In this document: piece by piece, positions 1-9,795 of the stretch
How positions within the stretch are numbered: position 1 is the first letter of the stretch
How the letters are laid out: each line of letters starts with the position of its first letter
From: a virus
Taxonomy: Duplodnaviria > Heunggongvirae > Uroviricota > Caudoviricetes
DNA length: 48,574 nt
Virus record (IMG/VR): IMGVR_UViG_2734482555_000011
Direction: 5' to 3' (one strand)
Position numbers and translations under genes: made by a program
Notes under the pieces: model-generated
Told to the model about the DNA's origin: nothing
The model's input: only the letters and a program-made list of their open reading frames with translations
Database searches by the model: none

Positions 1-1236
1 CTACGATAACCGCGCATTCAACATGGCTACCTGTTCGTCGTTCATGTCATCAATCCACATACCGTAAATTTCATACACCATCTGCGCAGTTTCATGCCCC
101 ATCTGGCTGGCTATAAACGCCGGGTTCGCTCCTGCCGTCAACAGCCAGCAGGCAAAAGTATGCCGCGTATGGTACGGATTACGGCGGCGAATACCAGCAC
201 GTTTTACTGCTGCATTCCATCTCGCACCCAAACTGCTTACCGAGTAATAAGGTTTCTGTTTTCCGTTACACACTCTGGGCATGAAAACAAAATGCAGTTT
301 TTGCTTTTCGGTTCTGCCGTACTCCCGATGATAAAAAGTGATTTCGCTTTTGCGATGATGCCCGGTCAGTTTGTATTGCTCCTTCAGTGCTTCAAGAGCA
401 GGCTGCAGTAGTGTTACCGTCCGGATCCCCGCATTTGTTTTTGGGGGACCGAACATATCCAGTATCGTCAGGTTTCTTCTGACATTCACAACTCCCTTCT
501 CGAAATCCACATCCTCCCACGCCAGAGCAGCCAGTTCCCCGTGACGAAGCCCGGAGTATACGGCAAATTTCCACAAGTTCTGGCTCTGTCCTTTTTCACT
601 TTCCATTAATGCATTGAATTCTGTTTTAGATAACGGGTCAGGCTTTATTCTGTTTCTCTGTAATTTCTTTACTCCTTCAAATGGTTTGGTTGATATAAAT
701 CCCGACTGATACGCAAAACGTAACAACGAACAGAGCAGGGCGATATAGTTATCAACTGTGCGCACGGTTCTTCCTTTTTTGTTGGATCTTGGATTATCCA
801 GGTAAAGCGTTTCTCCATGCAGCAGTTCATTCCGGTAGTTTAAGATATCGCTATAACGAATATGCGATATCGGAGTACTCTCACAAATTATTATCCTGAG
901 TGTTTTTAATTGTGATTTCGTTTTCTTCATTGTGTTTGTTGTTAACTCTGTTTCTTTAATTTTTGTCCAGATATCACAAAGCTCCCCGAACGTTTTTATG
1001 ACCCTCGTTGTCACCATTTTTGCCCCAGTGCTGGACTGGGGAAAACGTCTTAAATACTCAAACTCACCGGAATTGATTTCATGAACTATCAACGCTCTTA
1101 AATTCCCGGCTTTTTTAATGTTACTGTTAGTAACCTCCCAGCCTTTCAATGTTTCCCGACATCGTTTTCCTCGAAACATGAACCAGATGCGAATGTATTT
1201 ACCTCGAATCTCGACACCTGTTGGTAATTTAGACAT
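1..1236 (-). CDS. intR: Tyrosine integrase, Rac IntR-type
   Basis: Complete 411-aa minus-strand ORF (start 1236, stop codon at 1-3). Length and N-terminus MSKLPTGVEIRGKYIRIWF match my recollection of K-12 Rac IntR; HTRHTFA box near the C-terminus is typical of tyrosine recombinases. Confidence 0.9.
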   Translation of the reverse strand: MSKLPTGVEIRGKYIRIWFMFRGKRCRETLKGWEVTNSNIKKAGNLRALIVHEINSGEFEYLRRFPQSSTGAKMVTTRVIKTFGELCDIWTKIKETELTTNTMKKTKSQLKTLRIIICESTPISHIRYSDILNYRNELLHGETLYLDNPRSNKKGRTVRTVDNYIALLCSLLRFAYQSGFISTKPFEGVKKLQRNRIKPDPLSKTEFNALMESEKGQSQNLWKFAVYSGLRHGELAALAWEDVDFEKGVVNVRRNLTILDMFGPPKTNAGIRTVTLLQPALEALKEQYKLTGHHRKSEITFYHREYGRTEKQKLHFVFMPRVCNGKQKPYYSVSSLGARWNAAVKRAGIRRRNPYHTRHTFACWLLTAGANPAFIASQMGHETAQMVYEIYGMWIDDMNDEQVAMLNARLS

Positions 1237-1237
1237 A

Positions 1238-1453
1238 TCATGAGTCTTTGATAAACTGATTTATCTTTGGATAGTTATACCAGATAATCCCTCGCTTACT
1301 GTCTGGCTTCCCTAAAGGAGATACTCGTTTGAAGTGGAAGCCTTCCACCCAACAGTTCTGGCGGTATGCTTCAATTTGTCTGGCCCCCAGACCAGTGCGA
1401 AGCATCAGGCCGTATTCAACCATCCACTCTTCATTAAAGATTACTTGTGCCAT
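1238..1453 (-). CDS. xisR: Excisionase-like protein (XisR/YdaQ-like)
   Basis: Small minus-strand ORF immediately upstream of int. Internal ATG ([10 protein letters not shown]...) gives 71 aa, the size I recall for YdaQ; the track ORF extends to 1477. Confidence 0.7.
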   Translation of the reverse strand: MAQVIFNEEWMVEYGLMLRTGLGARQIEAYRQNCWVEGFHFKRVSPLGKPDSKRGIIWYNYPKINQFIKDS

Positions 1454-1552
1454 CGCATCACCTCTGGCAGGCGCCAATGTTAGACTTAAATTGACGCCCG
1501 ATGTTGATTATTAATAATCAGCTATGAAGTTTTAATTTGAATACAATGCAAT

Positions 1553-1753
1553 TCACGAGGACTGAAGTTTCTCGCAATTAAAATTTATCAGTTTTACTTT
1601 CTGCTCTCTGGAAACGCCTGCTTCTTTTTTACCTGAGAGCATTTTTTCGCATTCTGATTTCGTTAGTTTAGATTTTGAATATCTTGTCCAGTTAGTAGGA
1701 GTGCCACCTTCCTTTTCAATAGTGGCGGTAATTTTATACATGAACACCTCCAT
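1553..1753 (-). CDS. ydaC: YdaC-like small protein
   Basis: Track ORF 1553..1813 (MVEV...MEVFMYKITATIEKEGG...). Position between xis and ralR as in K-12 Rac. Start uncertain: ATG at 1753 or ATG at 1741 preceded by GGAGG. Confidence 0.55.
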   Translation of the reverse strand: MEVFMYKITATIEKEGGTPTNWTRYSKSKLTKSECEKMLSGKKEAGVSREQKVKLINFNCEKLQSS

Positions 1754-1778
1754 TATTATTTCCAGTGGTTCGTTTATT

Positions 1779-1928
1779 TCATCGTTCGAGTGCTTCTTTT
1801 TCACTTCCACCATAACCGGTTCGGGATTCGCATCCGTTACACTTCGCTCGGTAATATCCTGAAATGGCTTTCACCGTTACTGATGGACAACCACAAAATG
1901 GACATGGTTTAACATTGTCATATCTCAT
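1779..1928 (-). pseudogene. ralR: Restriction-alleviation protein RalR/Lar, interrupted by in-frame TGA after codon 49
   Basis: Manual minus-strand translation from ATG at 1926-1928 gives MRYDNVKPCPFCGCPSVTVKAISGYYRAKCNGCESRTGYGGSEKEALER then TGA (plus 1779-1781); the same frame continues NKRTTGNNNGGVHV to TAA at 1734-1736, i.e. 64 codons if the TGA were sense. Not in the ORF track because it is under 60 aa. Confidence 0.6.
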
Positions 1929-1983
1929 AATTTTTCTCATAAAAATATTTCAAGTTGGCGGTGCATTACACCGCCAGGCTGAA

Positions 1984-2793
1984 TTATTCCTCTGAATTAT
2001 CGATTACACTGTATTCCCCGGTTAATACAGAGGAATCTGCAGGATCGATTGTCAGTGGTTCCTTTTCATCCATTGATACTGCACGCTGGATCTCAATTGA
2101 TACGGGCAGATATTTGAACAGGCGACGAATAGCCGTTTTCTTTGCCATTTCTTCCCAGTGAGTTACCCACGGCCCGTTATTACCAGCTTTACTCTGGCTG
2201 CGCACCAGCTCAATCTGTTTGCGCGTCATAACTTCAAACTGAGTACCTCCGTCTTTCAGTCTTGCGACAGCATAGACGTGGGTAACAGGGGCATCTTCGT
2301 TTTCTCCTGGGCGGTGTATTAACTTTTCATCAAGGCCAAATTCGAAATTAAACTCGTCACCTTCACGGACAACACGGGCTGACAGGCTGGCGATTTGACC
2401 TGAACGGCGAGCCAGATCAATCATGCCGCGATAGCCAATGATTAGCTGAACGTTTTTTTTACCGCTCTTTTCGTTTTTATTACCAAAAGGCAGTAAATAT
2501 GCATGACCGAGGGCGCTACCGGGCTCAAGTCCGAGCTGTGAACACTGTACGATTGCACTGACAAAACTCATAGTGTCACAGTTTCCTAACGCCGGAACTT
2601 TACGAATTTCTGTGGTGGCGATACGGATCATACGTTCAGCCGTCATATGGCGTGGAAGAGCTGCTGCCAGTTGCTCTTTCATTGATGGCTGGTTAATAAA
2701 ACTAATCACGTCGTTATTTTTAATTGCTGCTGGTGCACGGTTTCCCTGAGTTTTTTGCAGATCGGCTTTTGCGATTGGTGGTTGCTTAGTCAT
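1984..2793 (-). CDS. recT: RecT single-strand annealing recombinase
   Basis: Track ORF 1984..2850; internal start [18 protein letters not shown]... gives 269 aa, matching recalled K-12 RecT. Lies immediately downstream of recE with a small overlap. Confidence 0.9.
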   Translation of the reverse strand: MTKQPPIAKADLQKTQGNRAPAAIKNNDVISFINQPSMKEQLAAALPRHMTAERMIRIATTEIRKVPALGNCDTMSFVSAIVQCSQLGLEPGSALGHAYLLPFGNKNEKSGKKNVQLIIGYRGMIDLARRSGQIASLSARVVREGDEFNFEFGLDEKLIHRPGENEDAPVTHVYAVARLKDGGTQFEVMTRKQIELVRSQSKAGNNGPWVTHWEEMAKKTAIRRLFKYLPVSIEIQRAVSMDEKEPLTIDPADSSVLTGEYSVIDNSEE

Positions 2794-5386
2794 TTGCATA
2801 TTCCTTAGCCCAGCGGGGCAGTGATAACGTCTTAATAGCTGGCCATTCATCGGTATTGAGGCAGTCAGCCAGGGTTCGCAGATTGCGGTGATATTCCAGC
2901 TGACCTGCCAGTTTTGCTTCTTCGCCCATCATGAAAATTTCAACCGGATAACGTCCGCATTCAATAGTTGTGCTGGCAACCAGAAAAACGAAAGTTGGCT
3001 GCACTCCAAACTGTGCTTCATAACCGTCACTGTAGAATGCATCCTGAACGTGATAGCGGTAGTCGTAATAAGCGGTTTTGAATCGTTGAATATCCGCCGT
3101 AGTTTTCACGTCCATGATCCAGTGAAATTCAGGGATAATTTTGTCCGGACGGCACCGACACAAAATTGCTGTTTCAGGATCTTCCCAGTAAATTGATGAT
3201 TCAGCGTGTCCGGCGCTTTCAACAAGCCATTGCCCCAGCGGCAAAGCCATAACGCTCTGATACATGAGTTCAATTTTCCGGCCTTCTTCGGCAGTGATAA
3301 CCGTTTTTCCTGTGCTTGCGCATTCCCTCAGAAACGCTTTCTCTTCTTCTTTTCCGGAGTTTGTCCGGCGGTTAAATTCAGGTGCTACGATAAAGCGGTT
3401 ACTGAATTCTTCCGGCTCAAGTACCCGGCAGTGGAAAGCGGTTCCTAAATCGAGCGTTTTTGTCTTTGTGGTGTCCACGGGGGCATTTTTACGCCACAAA
3501 TACAGTGCCGGAGTATCAGCAATGTCATCGAGCTGAGACTTACTGACACCGGGACCCGCGTGGTAATTCTCATTCGAAATTCCGTAATAAATACCTGGCT
3601 CTATGTCTTCTACGATTACGGGATCTGCGACTTCGCCAGTTTCATCACTGCAATCGCGATGCGGATCGCTGCCAGCATTCTCATTGTGCGGATGTTCAGC
3701 GCCTTCCATTTCCTCCGGATCATTTTCCTTAGCTTCAACCTGACTCTCTTCATCGAATGTTTCCTGGTATGTTGCGTCGCCCATCACCGCACCACAGTCA
3801 GGGCAGTTATCCCCGCCAGTCTGGCCGCAGGCATTGCAGGCTATTTCCGGTTCCTGTTGCACTACTGGCTCAGGTTGATTCATATCCGGGCTGGTTTTTT
3901 CCGTTTCTGGCTGGTTCTGGTACACACAATCGCGAGTCTGGATCCCCTTTACCCATTTCGGATCGTTCGGGTCGCTAATTCCGTCAACAAATTCACCACG
4001 TGATGCAGCAAGCAATTTATCGGCATCGACAGGATTTTTTGATGGAATGTTTTTCCGGGCTTCATGGAGTTCTGCCCGCAGTTCCTGATATTTCGCATCA
4101 ACAGAATTTACCTGTGACTGAGCATCCAGCGGCTGCGTGTCCTGATGATGTTCAGTTGCGTCCGGTTCCATTGTTTCAGCCTCTCCCTGTTCAACTGCCG
4201 TTGTTCCAGATGGTTGCGGTTTTTCTTCATCATCCTGTTTTCCTTCTTCTGTTACTCGCTGCGGCATCGGGGCAGAGGAGCGACCGCAGGCAATATCCAC
4301 GATTTCCGGATCAGGGTTGGCATGATCGGTTTCAGTCAGTACTTTGTTCAGATATTCAGTGACGTGCGCGGGGATGACCTCGATCCCAATTGGTGCTTCT
4401 TTTACGGACGCAACCACGATGGCGCGGGAATAATCCAGCCCGCCAGGCATGGTGATGAATTTGTCGCGGAAAACAGAAAAGGGCGGTTTATTTTCAGCGA
4501 TAATTTCCTCAATGCGTTTAGCGTGTGCCGGATGAAGGTTATAGATGTCCAGATCCATTGAACGGGCCAGTACGCCAGTGGCTACGTCCCGCGCCAGTGA
4601 CGTCAGATCGTGTACGAAACCTTCGCCGCGATCGGTGAGGTTTCCGCCGCCAGCATTAGCACCGGAAGCCGTGCGAGTGATGTGTGAAACACGATTACCC
4701 TTCATCCACTCTTTTGTCAGCAGTCCTCGATCGGTGTAGTCAGCGTTCAGGTATGCTTCGAAAAAAGCAGTTATCAGTCCCAGGTTTGAATTACCAGGAT
4801 TAGGGAAAACTTTGTCAGTGTCACGAACCAGTTTGTGGAGTTCGCGAATTTCCAGCGGGTCGAGCAGGCTGGTTTTGTGGGAAACAGCCAGGGCAGTAAC
4901 AGCCGGTAGTTCTTCAGCCCGAGCAATGTGTAATGCCTGGAGTCCGTCGCGTGAAACGTGCGTTACCGGTTTTTCGCTGCCGTGTTGAGCAAGCCAACGA
5001 ATGGGCAGTTCCTGGCCAGAAATTGGGAGTAGCATATTCTCCTCAATCTCAGTCATGTCTTCGCCGTTGACGTTGGTATTGCCTTGATAGTGAGCGTTGT
5101 CTGGTGCTGCTCCCGGTTTTAGTTCCCATGTCATGGAGTCTTTGCTGAGTTGATAGCGTTCACTCCAGGTAAAATCGATCTCACCTTCAGCGGGCAGGTC
5201 ATTAACGACAGGAAAATTCGTGGCAACAGCTTTAAAATAGCTGCTCAGTTTTTTACCTGACTTAACGATCAGGTAGTCCAGAGTGGCACAGGTCGATTCA
5301 AAATCGTTGCTTGCCCACAGGACGACGTCAGGTTCACCGGATGATTTTTTCGCTTTCCGTAACAGGAAGAGTGGTTTTGTGCTCAT
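2786..5386 (-). CDS. recE: Exodeoxyribonuclease VIII (RecE), full length
   Basis: 866-aa minus-strand ORF, same length as K-12 RecE; the C-terminal region is the part I associate with the exonuclease fold. Plus-strand ORFs inside it are antisense artefacts. Confidence 0.9.
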   Translation of the reverse strand: MSTKPLFLLRKAKKSSGEPDVVLWASNDFESTCATLDYLIVKSGKKLSSYFKAVATNFPVVNDLPAEGEIDFTWSERYQLSKDSMTWELKPGAAPDNAHYQGNTNVNGEDMTEIEENMLLPISGQELPIRWLAQHGSEKPVTHVSRDGLQALHIARAEELPAVTALAVSHKTSLLDPLEIRELHKLVRDTDKVFPNPGNSNLGLITAFFEAYLNADYTDRGLLTKEWMKGNRVSHITRTASGANAGGGNLTDRGEGFVHDLTSLARDVATGVLARSMDLDIYNLHPAHAKRIEEIIAENKPPFSVFRDKFITMPGGLDYSRAIVVASVKEAPIGIEVIPAHVTEYLNKVLTETDHANPDPEIVDIACGRSSAPMPQRVTEEGKQDDEEKPQPSGTTAVEQGEAETMEPDATEHHQDTQPLDAQSQVNSVDAKYQELRAELHEARKNIPSKNPVDADKLLAASRGEFVDGISDPNDPKWVKGIQTRDCVYQNQPETEKTSPDMNQPEPVVQQEPEIACNACGQTGGDNCPDCGAVMGDATYQETFDEESQVEAKENDPEEMEGAEHPHNENAGSDPHRDCSDETGEVADPVIVEDIEPGIYYGISNENYHAGPGVSKSQLDDIADTPALYLWRKNAPVDTTKTKTLDLGTAFHCRVLEPEEFSNRFIVAPEFNRRTNSGKEEEKAFLRECASTGKTVITAEEGRKIELMYQSVMALPLGQWLVESAGHAESSIYWEDPETAILCRCRPDKIIPEFHWIMDVKTTADIQRFKTAYYDYRYHVQDAFYSDGYEAQFGVQPTFVFLVASTTIECGRYPVEIFMMGEEAKLAGQLEYHRNLRTLADCLNTDEWPAIKTLSLPRWAKEYAND

Positions 5387-5487
5387 TGTTTTTTAACCTC
5401 AACTCAGATTAAAATTCGTTTTGTTCAGTGAATGATCTTGCCGGATACACACTGTTCATAGCCTGCGCCATACGCAGGCTATTTCTT

Positions 5488-5763
5488 TCAGATTTCACCT
5501 TTTAATTTCATTGCAATTAGAGTTGCCAGAAATTCGGCTTTTTTTTCTGCGGGCAGATTCTTTCCGATATGCACCAGGCACATTTTTTTGACACCTTCAT
5601 CAAGTGTTTTTACGTTGCCTGATGGACCATCGATATCAACCACAGTGAATGGGGTTTCTTTATTTTCTGTTTTAATTACGTAGCCAATGCGCTTTCCTTC
5701 CAGATTCACCTCGTGAACAATGTCATCGGTAGTTACAACAGTGGCTTCATAATTGGTAATCAT
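5488..5763 (-). CDS. racC: RacC protein
   Basis: Track ORF 5488..5811; internal start MITNYEATVVTTDDIVHEVNLEGKRIGYV... gives 91 aa as recalled for RacC. Confidence 0.8.
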   Translation of the reverse strand: MITNYEATVVTTDDIVHEVNLEGKRIGYVIKTENKETPFTVVDIDGPSGNVKTLDEGVKKMCLVHIGKNLPAEKKAEFLATLIAMKLKGEI

Positions 5764-5837
5764 GTTTTTCTCCTTAATTAAGGTTGAGCGAATACCTGCC
5801 ATTTCTGGCATAAATTCAGTTTCGAATAGTCAATTAA

Positions 5838-6008
5838 TTAAAGTTCATGTGCCATCTGGTCTTTTTCGGCACAAGCTTCACTGCAATATTTTCTCGGTTC
5901 GTCTTTTGATAAAATCCCGTGCATGAAGTGAAGCATTCTTTCAATAGCTTTGCTTTCTTCAACGTCTTTTTTGCAAAGGTGGTAAGCACATTTTATTTTC
6001 TTAGTCAT
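5838..6008 (-). CDS. ydaE: YdaE, small cysteine-containing protein
   Basis: Manual translation [56 protein letters not shown] (56 aa); under the 60-aa track threshold. Start overlaps the kilR stop. Confidence 0.7.
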   Translation of the reverse strand: MTKKIKCAYHLCKKDVEESKAIERMLHFMHGILSKDEPRKYCSEACAEKDQMAHEL

Positions 6009-6229
6009 CACCATGACTCCGCCTTTACAGGTAAACCATCACGACCGAGGAAGACTTTAATCATGCGGTCAGTAATGCATGTTTTTGTGGTCAGGTTACG
6101 AATATATAGTTTTCGCTTTTTAATATTGTTTGCCGAGGCAATATATGTCCGGCCTTCATGAAGAACATAATCGCCAGGAGTCACACACTGACGTGGTATT
6201 TCATCAGTTCCGAAGTGATGTGCAATCAT
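6008..6229 (-). CDS. kilR: KilR, FtsZ-targeting cell-division inhibitor
   Basis: Track ORF 6008..6241; start at [29 protein letters not shown]... gives 73 aa, matching recalled K-12 KilR. Confidence 0.8.
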   Translation of the reverse strand: MIAHHFGTDEIPRQCVTPGDYVLHEGRTYIASANNIKKRKLYIRNLTTKTCITDRMIKVFLGRDGLPVKAESW

Positions 6230-6670
6230 AATTATCTCCATTTTTACAAATGAACTTTGTTGATGCGGTGCCTGGTGCCTCCAGGTGACTGCAACCAGTT
6301 AACAATTACAGTCGGCTTTCCCACCCAAACCAATAAGGACTAACATGACTTTTAACTGTGCCACGTGCGCTTAGCCGCATTCACCGCATCACAAAATTCA
6401 CTTTAAAAAGGGCGGACATCAGCCGAACTTCAAGAAAAAAACTGATGCCGCCAGGACTACACACAGCAATGTCGTTATTTACAACCGGAGGCGCACTCCC
6501 ACCATTTAAATTTAACAGACAAGACCGACTCTTTATGGATATCGGAAATGCGCCTTCGTGTTGTGCCCGGTTTTATTTCACCACCTCCGGGCTTCGGTGG
6601 TCTCGGCTATACCCCTACAGCGAGAGCTTGTGTTAACATTTCAATACCCTTACAGTTGAGAGTTATTGAT

Positions 6671-7159
6671 ATGTTGGATGTATTTACTCCATTGTTGAAA
6701 CTTTTTGCTAACGAGCCACTCGAAATACTTATGTATACGATTATCATTTTTGGTCTCACTCTCTGGCTGATACCGAAAGAGTTTACTGTCGCATTCAATG
6801 CTTATACTGAAATACCTTGGCTCTTTCAGATTATCGTTTTTGCCTTTTCTTTCGTGGTCGCCATTTCCTTCTCAAGATTGCGAGCACATATTCAAAAGCA
6901 TTATTCATTACTACCAGAGCAACGAGTATTGCTTCGTTTATCTGAGAAAGAAATCGCTGTATTTAAAGATTTCCTTAAAACAGGAAATCTTATTATCACT
7001 TCTCCTTGCCGTAACCCGGTTATGAAAAAATTAGAACGGAAGGGCATCATTCAACATCAGAGTGATAGCGCAAACTGTTCTTATTATCTCGTCACCGAAA
7101 AATACTCCCATTTTATGAAGTTATTCTGGAACAGCAGGAGTAGACGTTTTAATCGTTAG
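6671..7159 (+). CDS. sieB: Superinfection exclusion protein SieB
   Basis: Track ORF 6548..7159; internal start MLDVFTPLLKLFANEPLEILMYTIIIFGL... gives 162 aa with hydrophobic segments, as recalled for SieB. Opposite orientation to its neighbours, as in K-12 Rac. Confidence 0.8.
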   Translation: MLDVFTPLLKLFANEPLEILMYTIIIFGLTLWLIPKEFTVAFNAYTEIPWLFQIIVFAFSFVVAISFSRLRAHIQKHYSLLPEQRVLLRLSEKEIAVFKDFLKTGNLIITSPCRNPVMKKLERKGIIQHQSDSANCSYYLVTEKYSHFMKLFWNSRSRRFNR

Positions 7160-7311
7160 CTTACTGTGTGCTTCTCCAACCATCGGCGCGCACCAGTTTC
7201 GGTTTTAAATGTTTTGCTTTTGGTATACGTCATGGCAGTGAACGTTCCATCCTGGTTGGGGAACACGCCGCACACCAGGGATTCGTTGTTGCCGAGGTCG
7301 ATTTTTTGCAT
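7156..7311 (-). CDS. ydaF: YdaF small protein
   Basis: Manual minus-strand translation MQKIDLGNNESLVCGVFPNQDGTFTAMTYTKSKTFKTETGARRWLEKHTVS (51 aa); under the track threshold; convergent 4-nt overlap with sieB. Confidence 0.6.
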   Translation of the reverse strand: MQKIDLGNNESLVCGVFPNQDGTFTAMTYTKSKTFKTETGARRWLEKHTVS

Positions 7312-7321
7312 TTTGCGAATC

Positions 7322-7456
7322 TCACATCTTGTTGCTGTGTATAGCGACTTCTGCCTGCCAGAGATCCCAGTCGTTGCTGCGTAAAGCCTGCACAGCCTGG
7401 TTGTAAGTGATACCGCAACAATCCATCAAATACTGAACTACTTCGTAATGCACCAT
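7322..7456 (-). CDS. ydaG: YdaG small protein
   Basis: Track ORF 7322..7504; internal start MVHYEVVQYLMDCCGITYNQAVQALRSNDWDLWQAEVAIHSNKM (44 aa) matches recalled YdaG. Confidence 0.65.
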   Translation of the reverse strand: MVHYEVVQYLMDCCGITYNQAVQALRSNDWDLWQAEVAIHSNKM

Positions 7457-7624
7457 CTTATCTCTCCCCTTAACGCCGGGTGGCGGAACTGAAACCTGCT
7501 GCACTGCAAAATCTGAACCCTGCCGTCATGTTCATACGCCTCGGGCTGGCTACTTAACCCCTGACCACTGCCTGGTAACTCGAAGTATTGCCCTGCGTTC
7601 TGTGGGGCGGGGTGGGTTGGTAGG

Positions 7625-7675
7625 TATATAATGTACTTTGTGTTCATTGATGTAAAGTACTATAAGTACATTTTG
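7625..7675. promoter_or_regulatory. OL-like operator/promoter region with TGTACT-type repeats
   Basis: TGTACT at 7632-7637, palindromic AGTACT at 7656-7661 and AGTACA (reverse complement of TGTACT) at 7665-7670, in the gap between ydaG and the repressor gene. Promoter hexamers not resolved. Confidence 0.4.
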
Positions 7676-7746
7676 TGTGTAAAAAAATGAGATGGGATAA
7701 AGTGAAGCACAAACCCGGAGGGGGACGCTACCGGATTTATGCTGGT

Positions 7747-8184
7747 TTAAGAGGCTTTTTGTTTTTTCTTTCGTGCTAGCTCTTCGTAAATTGCATTGTA
7801 CTTCTGTTTTTTCTCCTCAAGAGTTTTTAAAAGTTCATCTGTCTCACTGTCAGGGAGCTCGTCCAGAAGGTCAATGATGATTTTTTGTCTTGGATTTAAC
7901 TCCTGATAGAAACGTACCTGTCCACTTTCTTCTGTATCCTCTCCCAAAAGATAGGTTGGTGTTGTTCCAATGAGTGTTGCTAATTCCCTTAATTTCTCTC
8001 GGCGAGGAATTGTTTCGCCATTAAACCATTTGCTAACCGCTTTTGGTGTTAATTTCATTCGACGGGCAATTTCTGCCTGCCTTCCATGTTGTTCATAACC
8101 AGCGTTTTCACAGGCTAGCGCAAGCCTACTGGCGAACTCTTTACGCGCTTTATCTTCATGAACCATAAGTTCAATGATATTCAC
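7747..8184 (-). CDS. racR: CI-like HTH prophage repressor (RacR position)
   Basis: 145-aa ORF (GTG at 8184; alternative ATG at 8166) with an HTH-like segment (GRQAEIARRMKLTPKAVSKWFNG). Sits where racR sits in K-12 Rac, divergent from the Cro-like gene. The allele may differ from K-12, so the symbol is by synteny. Confidence 0.6.
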   Translation of the reverse strand: MNIIELMVHEDKARKEFASRLALACENAGYEQHGRQAEIARRMKLTPKAVSKWFNGETIPRREKLRELATLIGTTPTYLLGEDTEESGQVRFYQELNPRQKIIIDLLDELPDSETDELLKTLEEKKQKYNAIYEELARKKKQKAS

Positions 8185-8245
8185 TCTTGAATGTACTGTC
8201 AGTTCTGTTATAGCATGTACTCAAAGTTCACATTGTGAGGGTGAT
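8185..8245. promoter_or_regulatory. OR/PR-like divergent promoter-operator region
   Basis: Plus-strand TTGAAT (8187-8192), 16-nt spacer, TATAGC (8209-8214), then GAGGG and the ATG at 8246. TGTACT repeats at 8192-8197 and 8215-8220 overlap and follow the hexamers. Confidence 0.45.
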
Positions 8246-8500
8246 ATGAACCAGAAAACACTTGAAGATGTAATCAAAACTGTTCGCGTTTCTGTTGTGG
8301 CCGACGTTTGTGGTGTCAGCCAAAGAGCAATCTACAAATGGATGGATAACGGAAAATTGCCTCGCACAGAATATACCGGCGAAACAAATTACGCTGAAAA
8401 AATCGCTCATGCATCAAACGGATTATTTTCTGCTGATGTAATTTTAACTATTGGCAGAAATAAAACTACTACGAAAAAGCTGATGGGAGTTGATTCATGA
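8246..8500 (+). CDS. Cro-like HTH regulator (YdaS position)
   Basis: Track ORF 8174..8500; ATG at 8246 follows GAGGG. Contains an HTH-like segment (VADVCGVSQRAIYKWMDNGKLP). The sequence does not look like the K-12 YdaS I recall, so no symbol is given. Confidence 0.6.
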   Translation: MNQKTLEDVIKTVRVSVVADVCGVSQRAIYKWMDNGKLPRTEYTGETNYAEKIAHASNGLFSADVILTIGRNKTTTKKLMGVDS

Positions 8501-8919
8501 AAATCAAGCATGAGCACATCGAGTCAGTGTTGTTAGCCCTGGCAGCCGAAAAAGGGCAGGCATGGGTAGCCAATGCCATTACTGAAGAATATCTGCGCCA
8601 GGGGGGCGGCGAATTGCCCCTGGTACCAGGCAAGGACTGGAATAATCAGCAGAATATCTATCACCGTTGGTTGAAAGGTGAAACGAAAACGCAAAGAGAA
8701 AAAATTCAGAAGCTGATCCCAGCAATTCTGGCAATCCTTCCGCGCGAGCTGCGTCACCGACTCTGCATCTTCGATACCCTGGAACGCCGTGCATTACTGG
8801 CGGCGCAGGAAGCGTTAAGTACGGCAATTGATGCGCATGATGATGCAGTCCAAGCCGTTTACCGGAAAGCGCATTTCAGCGGCGGCGGGTCTTCCGACGA
8901 TTCTGTCATTGTTCATTAA
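8497..8919 (+). CDS. ydaT: YdaT (CII-like regulator, toxic when derepressed)
   Basis: 140-aa ORF MKIKHEHIESVLLALAAEKGQAWVANAITEEYLRQGGGELPLVPGKDW...; matches recalled K-12 YdaT in sequence and length. ATGA overlap with the upstream gene. Confidence 0.8.
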   Translation: MKIKHEHIESVLLALAAEKGQAWVANAITEEYLRQGGGELPLVPGKDWNNQQNIYHRWLKGETKTQREKIQKLIPAILAILPRELRHRLCIFDTLERRALLAAQEALSTAIDAHDDAVQAVYRKAHFSGGGSSDDSVIVH

Positions 8920-8931
8920 GCAAAAGTTTCC

Positions 8932-9789
8932 ATGCTGTTTGTGCTTATTCTAAGCCACCGGGCAGCATCATACGGGGCAATTATGGCCGCATTACCATAC
9001 ATGCAACTGTACATAGCTGATTACCTGGCTGACACCATGCATTTGTCAGCAGAGGAGCATGGTGCGTATTTGTTGCTGATGTTCAATTACTGGCAAACAG
9101 GAAAGCCAATACCTAAAAACAGGCTGGCAAAAATTGCCCGTCTGACTAACGAGCGATGGGCTGATGTTGAACCATCCTTGCAGGAGTTTTTTTGCGATAA
9201 CGGCGAGGAATGGGTGCATCTTCGGATTGAGGAAGATCTGGCATCAGTCAGGGAAAAATTAACCAAAAAATCAGCCGCAGGAAAAGCATCTGTTCAGGCC
9301 AGAAGAAGCAGAAAGGAAGCAGATGTTCAAACAAAACAAGAGAGAAATTTAACAGGTGTTCAAACAGATGTTGAAGTGGTGTTTGAACATGATGTCAACA
9401 CAAAGGCAACTAATAAAGATACAGATAAAGATCTAAAAACAGATCCCCCCCTAAATCCCCCCCGGGGGAATCGAGGTGTCAAAAAGTTTGACCCTCTGGA
9501 TATTGCTTTGCCGAACTGGATTTCTGTCTCGCTTTGGCGTGAGTGGGTTGAATTTCGCCAGGCATTGCGAAAACCGATTCGAACGGAGCAGGGCGCTAAC
9601 GGGGCGATACGGGAGCTGGAAAAATTCCGCCAGCAGGGTTTTTCACCTGAGCAGGTGATTCGACACAGCATCGCCAATGAATACCAGGGCTTGTTCGCGC
9701 CGAAAGGTGTTCGACCTGAGACGTTACTCCGACAGGTTAACACCGTCTCGTTACCGGATAGTGCGATCCCGCCAGGCTTCAGGGGGTAA
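8932..9789 (+). CDS. ydaU: YdaU, replication-associated protein (O-like position)
   Basis: 285-aa ORF, same length as recalled K-12 YdaU; sits immediately upstream of the DnaC-like gene. Confidence 0.75.
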   Translation: MLFVLILSHRAASYGAIMAALPYMQLYIADYLADTMHLSAEEHGAYLLLMFNYWQTGKPIPKNRLAKIARLTNERWADVEPSLQEFFCDNGEEWVHLRIEEDLASVREKLTKKSAAGKASVQARRSRKEADVQTKQERNLTGVQTDVEVVFEHDVNTKATNKDTDKDLKTDPPLNPPRGNRGVKKFDPLDIALPNWISVSLWREWVEFRQALRKPIRTEQGANGAIRELEKFRQQGFSPEQVIRHSIANEYQGLFAPKGVRPETLLRQVNTVSLPDSAIPPGFRG

Positions 9790-9795
9790 CTGACC

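Noticed and set aside
2888-4739. Series of plus-strand ORFs (2888..3196, 3206..3448, 3264..3536, 3560..4003, 3757..3978, 4000..4362, 4145..4561, 4545..4739)
   Set aside because: All lie antisense or out of frame inside the 866-aa recE gene, whose product is well recognised; no independent start signals or recognisable products.
6548-6670. N-terminal 41-codon extension of the sieB ORF
   Set aside because: The internal ATG at 6671 gives the 162-aa protein recalled for SieB; the extension overlaps the intergenic hairpin region and has no RBS.
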